Made by a program: the position numbers and the translations under genes. From the NCBI GenBank assembly GCA_046754465.1, contig JBHHVU010000033.1, forward strand, positions 1 through 33,806: a stretch of 33,806 bases of DNA, read 5' to 3'. Source of the stretch: Nitrospinaceae bacterium (lineage in GTDB: Bacteria; Nitrospinota; Nitrospinia; Nitrospinales; VA-1). Of the stretch, positions 7,250 through 16,014 are shown piece by piece; the stretch's first letter is position 1; each line of letters starts with the position of its first letter. The notes beneath the pieces are model-generated. The model ran no database searches. It was not told the origin of the DNA and saw nothing but the letters and a program-made list of their open reading frames with translations.

Positions 7250-9037
7250 ATGAGCCTGTCAACGAAAATCCTTTCCATGTTGTTGACCGTATTGGGAATC
7301 ACCCTTTCCCTTTTTGGCTGGTGGGACATTCAAAAGGAACGGGACGAACTCAAGGCACTCCTGAATGATCACGGCAACTCCCTGGCCCGGGGGCTCGCCG
7401 TTTCCATCCTGGAACCGTTCCTGGCCGAGGATTACCCCATGGTGGACACCATTCTGGAAACCTTGGGAAAACAAACCCCGGACATTGTTTCCATCCAGGT
7501 CTTGCAGCATGGAAAAATCGTTTCCCAATACCGGGGGACCCCAACCGATGAAACGGACTCCACCATATTTTTGTCGGGCGTTTACGTGCCGAATGTCCAT
7601 TCATCCTCTCGGAAATTTCTGGGTCAGGTGCGGCTGGAATGGTCCAATCGGAGATACCGGGAGATACTCGCCGACCGGACGCGCCAACTGTCCGTCAACA
7701 TTGCGATCATCTTTCTGGTCCTCTTTCTGACCTTGACCATTTTGATCCGGAAACTGGTTCTGCAAAAGGTGAGTCAGCTCAGCCGCTTTACGGAAGAAAT
7801 CGCCGGGGGAAATCTGGGCGCGTCCCTGGACCTCGCCACCCGGGACGAGTTGGGAAAACTCGCCCGTGCTTTCGATAAAATGACGAAGAAACTCCTCCGG
7901 ACCACGGTGTCCAGAAATTACGTCACCAAAATCATCAACAGCATGATCGACACCCTGGTGGTCGTCACCCCGGAATTTCAAATCCAGTCCGTCAACCGGG
8001 CCACCTGCCAGCTCTTGGGTTATTCTAAGGAGGAATTGACCGGGAAACCTGCCGCCCTGCTTTTTGGGGGCTCCCGGGAGTTCCGGACCCAGGTCGACCT
8101 CAAACAGCTTCAAAACCGCGGTTGCGTGCTCCATGCCGAGATCACCTATGTCTCCAAGGCGGGCGGGGCCATTCCCATGCTCTTCTCCGCCACCACCCTG
8201 GAATCGGGCACGGACACCAATCAGGGATTCGTCTTTGCCGCGCAGGACATCACCGAACTCAAACGGGCCAGGGAAAAATTGATCCACTACGCCACCGAAC
8301 TGGAGCGGAGCAACCAGGACCTTCAGGATTTCGCCTCGGTCGCTTCGCACGATTTACAGGAGCCCCTGCGCAAGGTGATCCTGTTCGGTGACCGGTTGAG
8401 GGAGGAGCACGCATCATCCCTGGACGACCGGGGGGTGGATTACCTCGATCGCATAGAAACCTCCACCCTGCGGATGAAACGGTTCATCCAGGACCTTCTG
8501 GAATATTCCCGGGTCACCACCAAGGCCCGGCCGTTTGAACGGGTCGACCTGGAACCGGTGGTGGCGGACGTTCTCGAGAACCTGGAGGCCCAAATAGCCC
8601 AATTGGGCGCCAATGCGGAAATGGTCCGGCTTCCCACCCTCCAGGCCGACACCATGCAGATGCATCAATTGTTTCAAAACCTGATTTCCAATGGGCTGAA
8701 GTTCCACAGGAAGGGGATCCCCCCGGTGATCCGAATCGGCCACCGGTCCCTGGGAAACGGTTTTGTCGAGATCCGGCTGGAAGACAACGGCATCGGTTTC
8801 GATGAAAAATATCTCCCGCAAATCTTCAAACCCTTCGAGCAGCTTCACGGACGCGGCCAATTCGAGGGGAGCGGCATGGGGTTGTCCATTTGCAAGAGAA
8901 TCGTCAAACGGCACGGGGGACAGATCACCGCTCACAGTGAAATCGATAAAGGATCGACGTTCATCATCCTCCTTCCCGAGAGCCCGGGGGACGGGGCTGC
9001 CCCCTGCTCGGCAAATCCCCTGAAAAACCATCCCTGA
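7250..9037 (+). CDS. Sensor histidine kinase: TM, small periplasmic domain, TM, HAMP, PAS, HisKA, HATPase_c
   Basis: Two TM segments. HAMP (EIAGGNL...TRDELGKLARAFDKM). PAS ending QDITELK. H-box ASHDLQEPLRK, plus N, G1, F and G2 boxes. Confidence 0.93.
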   Translation: MSLSTKILSMLLTVLGITLSLFGWWDIQKERDELKALLNDHGNSLARGLAVSILEPFLAEDYPMVDTILETLGKQTPDIVSIQVLQHGKIVSQYRGTPTDETDSTIFLSGVYVPNVHSSSRKFLGQVRLEWSNRRYREILADRTRQLSVNIAIIFLVLFLTLTILIRKLVLQKVSQLSRFTEEIAGGNLGASLDLATRDELGKLARAFDKMTKKLLRTTVSRNYVTKIINSMIDTLVVVTPEFQIQSVNRATCQLLGYSKEELTGKPAALLFGGSREFRTQVDLKQLQNRGCVLHAEITYVSKAGGAIPMLFSATTLESGTDTNQGFVFAAQDITELKRAREKLIHYATELERSNQDLQDFASVASHDLQEPLRKVILFGDRLREEHASSLDDRGVDYLDRIETSTLRMKRFIQDLLEYSRVTTKARPFERVDLEPVVADVLENLEAQIAQLGANAEMVRLPTLQADTMQMHQLFQNLISNGLKFHRKGIPPVIRIGHRSLGNGFVEIRLEDNGIGFDEKYLPQIFKPFEQLHGRGQFEGSGMGLSICKRIVKRHGGQITAHSEIDKGSTFIILLPESPGDGAAPCSANPLKNHP

Positions 9038-9138
9038 AAATAACTCCCGTACTCCAGGGAGGGTGCGGCGGCGTCTCTCCTGGACCCGGTTGCCCTGAAT
9101 AATTTTTGAGTTTGGGAGGGGAAAGTTGTTCAAAACTG

Positions 9139-9172
9139 AGAGTTTCTGTTAATCTAAATTAAACAGAACTCT
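9139..9172. promoter_or_regulatory. AT-rich imperfect palindrome (candidate operator) overlapping a putative extended -10 promoter upstream of metH
   Basis: AGAGTTTCTGTTAAT-CTAA-ATTAAACAGAACTCT contains TGnTAATCT (9147-9155). TTGTTC (9126-9131) lies 18 bp upstream of the -10 hexamer. Confidence 0.5.
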
Positions 9173-9247
9173 AAATGAGGACGACGGGAGGGAAGCGGGG
9201 AAATACGTTTTCCCGGTGCCGGATTCCATTTTCTGATTCAGGAGACG

Positions 9248-12200
9248 ATGACTTTTAAAAAAGAAATTGAAAAACGGGTTTTGGTTTTGGATGGCGCCAT
9301 GGGCACCATGGTGCAGAACCTAGGGTTGGAGGATTCCGCGTTCGGAGGACCGGAATTTAAAATGCTGACCGACCTCCTGATTTTTTCACGTCCCGATGCC
9401 CTGGAAAATATTCACCTGAAATACCTCCAGGCCGGTGCCGATATCATCGAAACCAATACGTTCGGGGCCTCGCCCCTGCGGTTGAAAGAATTTGATTTTT
9501 CGACGATCGACCCCACCGGCCTGCAAGCCGTCCCCGAATCGCTGGACCTGACGCAGTGCGATTACGAGGCGCTCACCCGCCACCTGAATTTGGAAGGGGC
9601 GCGCATCGCCCGGCGGGCGGCCGACCGGTACCGGTCGCTTCCCGAATACGACGGCAGGGCGGTGTTCGTCGCCGGTTCCATTGGCCCGTCCAATTACGTC
9701 TTGTCCAGCACCCAGGCCAACCTCAAACAGGCAGCGTTCGCGCAAATCGTGGATAATTTCCGCCTCCAGGCCGCGGGACTGATCGAGGGAGGCGCCGATC
9801 TTCTTTTGTTTGAAACCCAGCAGGATATTCTTGAATTGAAAGCCGCGATTCTGGGCGCGCGCAAGGCGTTCGAGGAACAGAACCGCTCCCTCCCCATCAT
9901 GGTCCAGGTCACCGTCGATGCCTTTTCCAAAATGCAGATTTTCAATACGGACATCCATGCCGCCTACACCGCCGTCGCCGGAATGGGAATCGATACCTTC
10001 GGGATCAACTGCAATGTTGGACCCGATCAAATGACCGCCACGGTGGAAAAACTGAGCCGGTTCTGCGGACACCCCATTTCCGTTGTTCCCAACGCCGGGC
10101 AACCCATTTCCGTGGATGGAAGGACCTGCTACAAACTGGACCCGGATCCCATGGCGGAAACCCTGGAGTCTTTTGTTCGGGATCACGGGGTTTCCATCGT
10201 GGGCGGATGCTGCGGAACAACCCCCGCCCACATCGCGGCCCTGAAAGCACGGGTCCAAACCTCGGTTCCCGCCGCGGGGGAACCAAACCGCATGGTCTAC
10301 GTTTCCGGGCCCCAGGAAGCGGTGCCCCTGGACAGCTCCAAGGGTCTCGTGCGCATCGGCGAGCGGCTCAACGTCCGCGGCAGCAAGAAGGTGCGGGAGG
10401 CCGTCGAAACCGGGGACGGCCTGAAAATGGATACCCTCGAAGAGGTGGTCTCGGAACAGGTCAAGGATTTGGGAATCGACATCATCGATGTTTGCATGGA
10501 CAGCAATATCGTCGAGACGGAAAAGGTGCTTCCCCAAATCATTCATCAATTAACGAGCGACTTCAAGGGGGTGATGTGCATCGATTCGTTTTCCGTCGAA
10601 GCCTTGAAGACGGCGATCGAGGTTTACCCCGGCCGGCCGATCATCAATTCGATCAGTCTGGAAGAATATCAAGACGGTCAAAGCAAGCTCGACGCAGTTC
10701 TTTCGCTGACGCACGGTCACTGCCCGGTTTACATCGCGCTGGTGAATGGACCCAAGGGACCCGGGCAGACGGCCGATGAAAAGTATGATCTTGCCGTGGA
10801 AATCGTGAAACAGGCGGGGGAAAAATACGGCGTGACCCCCGATCAGATTCTGATCGACGTCAACGCTTATCCGATCGGCAGCGAATCCGTGGAAGGACTC
10901 AATTTTTGTGCCGAAACGCTCGCCTGCCTGCCGCGCATCAAGGCCATCCACCCCGGCCTGAAAACCTCCATCGGCGTCGGCAACCTGACCAACGGCCTGG
11001 CCCAAAAACCCTACATGCGGAAAGTGCTCACCAGCGTGTTCCTGGACGAGGCCCGCCGGGCGGGACTGGATTGCGCCATCCTCAATCCCAACCACTACGT
11101 GCCGCTTGAGAGCCTTACCCAACACGACGTGGACCTGGCCAGAAAAGTGATTCTCCATCGGGATATGGAGGCTTTTGAAGAACTCGAACAGATCGCCCTG
11201 ACCAAAAAAACCGGCACGGTTCAGAAAAAAACCGACTATGCGGGGCTCACTCCGGAAGAAAGCATCTGCCAGAAGATCAAGGACGGCTTCAAGCAAAAAG
11301 AGGAAGGCTCCGTGGAAAAAGATGGGGGAACTTTTCCCTACCGCGACCGCATCGTGCTGGAAGTGGCCAGGATCCTGGATAAACACGCACCCCTGGATTT
11401 TATCGGCGATTACCTGATGAAAACCATGCGCGAGTTGGGGGACGGATTTGGCCGGGGGGAGGTCAGCCTGCCCCATTTGTTGAAAAGCGCGGACGTCATG
11501 CGCAATGTCATGGAATTCCTGGAAGCGGTTATGCGGATGAAAAGCGGTGTCCTGCCCGGCGAGGCGATCAATTACAAGGGCGTGGTGGTCCTCGGCACGG
11601 TGTACCAGGATGTTCACAGTATTGGAAAGGATCTCGCCAAAACGCTCCTGGAAAACTACGGGTACCGGGTGATCGACCTGGGCGTGCAGGTGCCCCTGGA
11701 CCGGTTCATCGAAACCGCCCGCAAGGAAAAGGCCGACGCGATTGGAATGAGCGCCTTGCTTGTTCAGACCTCCAACCACATGATCACCGTGGCGCGGATG
11801 CTGAAAGAGCAATCCTTCGAGATTCCGATCCTCATCGGCGGCGCGCCGGTCAATCACCGGCACGCAGGGTACGTGGCCATGTACGGCCAGGGTGACACGG
11901 AGCGGATTCTCAACAATGTGTTTTATTGCGAGAGCGGGATGGATGGGGTGAACACCATGAACCGGCTTAAGGAGGAAAAGGATCTGCCCGAACTGCTGGA
12001 GAGCAACCGGGAACGGCTGCTCCGGGAATATCAACGCGCCAAGGGGTTTCTGGAAAACCGGGACCAACTGCTGGAAACCCTGCCGCGGAGAATCGTGGGA
12101 TTTAAAAACCATGCTGTTCCGAGCGACGGTTACGGGATTCACAAGGTGGCGTTCAAGTTGAATAAATTAAGCCGCAACCTGGATGTAAAGAGCCTTTTTT

Positions 12201-12865
12201 CCCTGAACTGGAAATTCGGCAAGAAGTCTTCCTGGAAACAGAAAGGCGTAACCCTGGAACAGCTTCAGGCCCTGGAAAAGGAGTGGATCGAAAAGGCGGG
12301 GGAAAAAGGATGGATTCGGCCTCAAGCCCGGTTTGCCTTGCTTCCGGCGCAGTCGGAAAACGACGATGTCATCGTTTATGATCCTGACGACTGCAAAAAA
12401 GAAATTGCGCGGATCCATTTTACGCCGTGCATCGGCAAGGGGAGGAAGGACAAATTTTCCATCGCCCAATATTTTTATCCCAAATCGTCTGGCCGGATGG
12501 ATGTCATCGGAATGCAAATCACCACCTCCGGTGCCGCCGCCGAGCAGGCGATCGCGGAATTCAAGAGGCAAAACGATTCCGAATCGGCTTTATTTCTTCA
12601 AGGATTGTGCGACCGGGTGACGGAAGATCTCGCCGAATACATTCATCAATTACTTCGCGAACGGGCGGGCCTGAAAAAGGAAAAATACGGGCAACGCTAC
12701 AGTCCGGGCTATCCCGCCCTGGTGGATCTGATCCATAACAAGATCATCTGGGAAACCCTGCACGCGGAAGACATCGGGGTGAAGCTGACCGGGTCGAACG
12801 AATTCGATCCTCCCAGCACCACGGCGGCGGTCATTTGTTTTCACCGCGAGGCCGGGTATTCCTGA
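9248..12865 (+). CDS. metH: Cobalamin-dependent methionine synthase
   Basis: Homocysteine domain (LDGAMGT, GINC, GGCCGTTPAHI), pterin-binding domain (IGERLN), B12 motif DVHSIGK with NYGYRVIDLGV, and AdoMet reactivation motif RYSPGYPA. SD AGGAG upstream. Confidence 0.96.
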   Translation: MTFKKEIEKRVLVLDGAMGTMVQNLGLEDSAFGGPEFKMLTDLLIFSRPDALENIHLKYLQAGADIIETNTFGASPLRLKEFDFSTIDPTGLQAVPESLDLTQCDYEALTRHLNLEGARIARRAADRYRSLPEYDGRAVFVAGSIGPSNYVLSSTQANLKQAAFAQIVDNFRLQAAGLIEGGADLLLFETQQDILELKAAILGARKAFEEQNRSLPIMVQVTVDAFSKMQIFNTDIHAAYTAVAGMGIDTFGINCNVGPDQMTATVEKLSRFCGHPISVVPNAGQPISVDGRTCYKLDPDPMAETLESFVRDHGVSIVGGCCGTTPAHIAALKARVQTSVPAAGEPNRMVYVSGPQEAVPLDSSKGLVRIGERLNVRGSKKVREAVETGDGLKMDTLEEVVSEQVKDLGIDIIDVCMDSNIVETEKVLPQIIHQLTSDFKGVMCIDSFSVEALKTAIEVYPGRPIINSISLEEYQDGQSKLDAVLSLTHGHCPVYIALVNGPKGPGQTADEKYDLAVEIVKQAGEKYGVTPDQILIDVNAYPIGSESVEGLNFCAETLACLPRIKAIHPGLKTSIGVGNLTNGLAQKPYMRKVLTSVFLDEARRAGLDCAILNPNHYVPLESLTQHDVDLARKVILHRDMEAFEELEQIALTKKTGTVQKKTDYAGLTPEESICQKIKDGFKQKEEGSVEKDGGTFPYRDRIVLEVARILDKHAPLDFIGDYLMKTMRELGDGFGRGEVSLPHLLKSADVMRNVMEFLEAVMRMKSGVLPGEAINYKGVVVLGTVYQDVHSIGKDLAKTLLENYGYRVIDLGVQVPLDRFIETARKEKADAIGMSALLVQTSNHMITVARMLKEQSFEIPILIGGAPVNHRHAGYVAMYGQGDTERILNNVFYCESGMDGVNTMNRLKEEKDLPELLESNRERLLREYQRAKGFLENRDQLLETLPRRIVGFKNHAVPSDGYGIHKVAFKLNKLSRNLDVKSLFSLNWKFGKKSSWKQKGVTLEQLQALEKEWIEKAGEKGWIRPQARFALLPAQSENDDVIVYDPDDCKKEIARIHFTPCIGKGRKDKFSIAQYFYPKSSGRMDVIGMQITTSGAAAEQAIAEFKRQNDSESALFLQGLCDRVTEDLAEYIHQLLRERAGLKKEKYGQRYSPGYPALVDLIHNKIIWETLHAEDIGVKLTGSNEFDPPSTTAAVICFHREAGYS

Positions 12866-13277
12866 TACGATCCCGTTTCCGCCAAAACGGGCCATTCGGC
12901 CGCCGGAACGGATGTCATTCTTTTGACAGAAATTCCTGATTTTGACGGATCTCTTTCGCGATCGGGACGGGAAGGGTTCTCCCAAAAAACATTTTTTCCC
13001 GCGCGAATTTCACCGGACCAGGCACCGGTTTTCCGGAGACCCGGCGAGTAAAACGGACTCTTGGGATCGGCGGAGGAATCCACCGCCGGTTCAGCATCAT
13101 CCTAACCATAAAATGAGTTGAAAATCCCGTGGTTGGTTTGCCGCATCGCAGCGGTTTGGCAAACCGGCATCGGGGCCATTCTCACCCGGGAAACCAGTTT
13201 TTCGGCTCACGGAAACGTTAGGAAAAATGGTGGGTTACAGGGGTTTCGGGCCGTAAGGCCTTGAGAAAATAAATCCT

Positions 13278-13305
13278 TTGTATAATTGGCTTCTTTTGTT
13301 AGAAT
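13278..13305 (+). promoter_or_regulatory. Putative sigma70 promoter for clpC
   Basis: TTGTAT-N16-TAGAAT with an extended -10 TG (TGTTAGAAT), about 110 bp upstream of the ATG. Confidence 0.5.
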
Positions 13306-13415
13306 AGTTTTAGCACCAAGATAAAATCAGGGAGGGGTGATGGCCACTGCCCATCCTGGAAAGCGGGCTTCAGGTTGGTCCGATCCGCAAATTCTTACTC
13401 GAGGAAGTTTGAATC

Positions 13416-15848
13416 ATGTTTAAGCGATTCACGGAAAGAGCTCGAAGAGTAATCATTTTGGCGCGGGAAGAAGCGGAACTCTACCGTCATGAATATCTGG
13501 GAACGGAACACATTTTGCAAGGTGTGGTGAAAGACGGAGGAGGAATCGCTGTAGCCATCGTTCAAAAATCGGGAACGGATCTGCGACAGCTAAAAAAAGA
13601 GATCGAAAAAAATCTGCCGCGCAGTTCAAACTCGTTGATCATTGGCGATATTCCATTCACTTCGCGGGCCAAGAAGGTTCTGGAATTCGCGGTGGAGGAA
13701 GCCCGTTCGCTGAATCACAATTATATAGGGACCGAACATCTCCTCCTGGGGTTGCTCAAGGAAAAAGAAGGAGTCGCCTGCCGGATTCTGAACAGTTTCG
13801 GAATGTTTTTTGATGATGTGAAAGAGAAAATCGTGGAAATGTTCAAAGAGCCTACGGAAAGCTCGCGCGAGGTGGGCAAAACCCCCACCTTGGACGAGTT
13901 CAGCCGAGACCTTACTAAAATGGCCGTGGACGGAAAGCTGGACCCGATCATCGGCCGCAATAAAGAGATCGAACGGGTGATCCAGATCCTGAGCCGCCGG
14001 ACCAAGAACAACCCGGTATTGATCGGGGAACCCGGAGTGGGCAAGACAGCGATCGTCGAGGGTCTGGCCCAACTGGTGGTCGAGCGGGAAGTGCCGGATA
14101 CGCTTCATGACAAAAGGGTGGTTTCCCTGGATCTGGGTTCGCTGATCGCGGGAACCAAATACCGAGGCCAGTTCGAGGCCCGCCTCAAGGGAATAATGAA
14201 AGAGATCATTCAAAACGAAAGCATCATCCTCTTCATCGACGAGTTGCACACCTTGGTGGGCGCGGGAGCGGCGGAGGGTTCCGTGGACGCCTCCAACATG
14301 CTCAAACCGGCTCTTTCCCGGGGCGAGATCCAGTGTATCGGGGCCACCACCTTGGAGGAATATCGCAAATACATTGAAAAAAACGGGGCTCTCGAAAGGC
14401 GGTTTCAGCCCATCATGGTGAATCCCCCAACCGTTGATGAAACCATCGAAATCATCAAGGGCTTGAAAGTTCCTTTTGAATTGCATCACAAAGCCAAAAT
14501 CACCGATGAGGCCATCGTCATGGCGGTTCGCTTTTCCGACCGGTATATCAGTGACCGGTACCTGCCCGACAAGGCCATCGACGTGATCGACGAAGCCGGG
14601 TCGCGGGTTCGGTTGCGGAAGGTCACGCAGTCGCCGGAGATGCGGAAAATCCAGCGCGATATCGACGCCATCGTCCGCGAAAAGAAAATCTGCATCGAAA
14701 ATCAGGAGTTTGAAAAGGCCGTGGAGTTGCGGGACAAGGAAGAGAACCTGCGGGAAACCCTGGAACGCGAAAAGGAACGCTGGGAAAGCGAGCAGGATTT
14801 GAGTGAACCCTCCATCACCGAGGAAGATATCGCCAACGTCGTTTCCAGCATGACCGGCATTCCACTTTCCCGGATCGAGGAAAAAGAGAGTGCGCGCTTG
14901 TTGAACATGGAAAAAGAACTCGCTTCGAAAATCGTGGGCCAGGATGAGGCGATCCAGGTGATCACCAAGGCGATTCGCCGCTCGCGCTCCGGTTTGAAGG
15001 ACTTGCGCCGGCCGATCGGCACCTTCCTTTTCATGGGGCCCACCGGCGTGGGTAAAACGGAGCTGGCTGGCGTGCTGGCCGAGTTCCTGTTTGGCAACCG
15101 CGATGCCCTGGTTCGTCTCGACATGTCCGAATACATGGAAAAATTCAACATCTCCCGGCTAACGGGAGCGCCGCCCGGCTATGTCGGTTATGAGGAAGGC
15201 GGGCAGTTGACCGAAAAAGTCCGGAGAAAGCCTTATTCGGTGGTCCTGTTTGATGAAATCGAGAAAGCCAACCCGGATGTCTACCATCTCCTTTTGCAGA
15301 TCATGGACGACGGCCGGTTGACGGACAGCTACGGCCGGGTGATCGATTTCAAGAACACCGTCATCATCATGACCTCCAACATCAGTTCCAGGACGTTGGA
15401 TAAGGGCGCCAGCCTGGGTTTTCACAAGGATAATGCGGAGATCACTTATGATAAAATGCAAAAGGATTTGAAACAGGACCTGAAAAAGACTTTCAATCCT
15501 GAATTCTTGAACCGGGTCAGCGAGATTGTCGTGTTTCACCCGCTCAGTCTGGATCATATTGTAAAAATCCTGGAGGTCCAACTGGAGCAGGTCAACGAAC
15601 AGCTCATCCAGCAGGGGCTTACTTTGGACATGACGCCGGAAGCCAAACGCTGGCTGGCGGAAAAAGGTTACGATAAAAATTTCGGAGCGCGTCCCCTCAA
15701 ACGGGCCATTCAGAAATACCTGGAGGACCATCTGTCGGATGAAATGTTGAAGGGCAGATTCAAAAACAGCGGACTGATCGAGGTCAGCTTGCAGGAGGAT
15801 GAGCTTGTGTTTACCGAAAAATCCGCCGGGGCTCTAAATGCTTGTTGA
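13416..15848 (+). CDS. clpC: ATP-dependent Clp protease ATP-binding subunit ClpC
   Basis: Double Clp-N repeat (GTEH twice), Walker A GEPGVGKT and [11 protein letters not shown]-like middle domain ([13 protein letters not shown]), GYVG pore loop and the ClpP-docking LGF loop; 810 aa. Confidence 0.95.
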   Translation: MFKRFTERARRVIILAREEAELYRHEYLGTEHILQGVVKDGGGIAVAIVQKSGTDLRQLKKEIEKNLPRSSNSLIIGDIPFTSRAKKVLEFAVEEARSLNHNYIGTEHLLLGLLKEKEGVACRILNSFGMFFDDVKEKIVEMFKEPTESSREVGKTPTLDEFSRDLTKMAVDGKLDPIIGRNKEIERVIQILSRRTKNNPVLIGEPGVGKTAIVEGLAQLVVEREVPDTLHDKRVVSLDLGSLIAGTKYRGQFEARLKGIMKEIIQNESIILFIDELHTLVGAGAAEGSVDASNMLKPALSRGEIQCIGATTLEEYRKYIEKNGALERRFQPIMVNPPTVDETIEIIKGLKVPFELHHKAKITDEAIVMAVRFSDRYISDRYLPDKAIDVIDEAGSRVRLRKVTQSPEMRKIQRDIDAIVREKKICIENQEFEKAVELRDKEENLRETLEREKERWESEQDLSEPSITEEDIANVVSSMTGIPLSRIEEKESARLLNMEKELASKIVGQDEAIQVITKAIRRSRSGLKDLRRPIGTFLFMGPTGVGKTELAGVLAEFLFGNRDALVRLDMSEYMEKFNISRLTGAPPGYVGYEEGGQLTEKVRRKPYSVVLFDEIEKANPDVYHLLLQIMDDGRLTDSYGRVIDFKNTVIIMTSNISSRTLDKGASLGFHKDNAEITYDKMQKDLKQDLKKTFNPEFLNRVSEIVVFHPLSLDHIVKILEVQLEQVNEQLIQQGLTLDMTPEAKRWLAEKGYDKNFGARPLKRAIQKYLEDHLSDEMLKGRFKNSGLIEVSLQEDELVFTEKSAGALNAC

Positions 15849-15900
15849 TAGAGGATTAGAATCCCGCTCTTGATTTAAGCGGCCATGACCTTGAAATAAT

Positions 15901-15950
15901 AAAGTATTAAGTTTTCAGCCCGATTCCCTGAAAGCTTAATACTTTTTTTT
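15901..15950 (+). terminator. Long AT-rich stem-loop with U-tract after clpC (putative intrinsic terminator)
   Basis: AAAGTATTAAGTTTTCAG-(9 nt)-CTGAAAGCTTAATACTTT forms an 18-bp stem with one U-G pair, and the T run continues to 15950. Confidence 0.7.
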
Positions 15951-16014
15951 GGCCTGAAATCAACCCAGGCGAAAATTCGTTATAACCTTGGAAATAACAA
16001 TCACTTCCACCCGA

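Noticed and set aside
9180..9230. GGGAAGCGGGGAAA...CCCGGTGCC upstream of metH, resembling a cobalamin riboswitch
   Set aside because: It lacks the downstream conserved elements (GCAACTGT/GCCACTG and the B12 box) and is too short. An Rfam scan would settle it.
9386..12142. 387-aa and 530-aa minus-strand ORFs
   Set aside because: Both lie antisense to metH and show no domain features.
13261..13286. TTGAGA...TATAAT as the clpC promoter
   Set aside because: The spacer is only 14 bp; the overlapping TTGTAT-N16-TAGAAT fits better.
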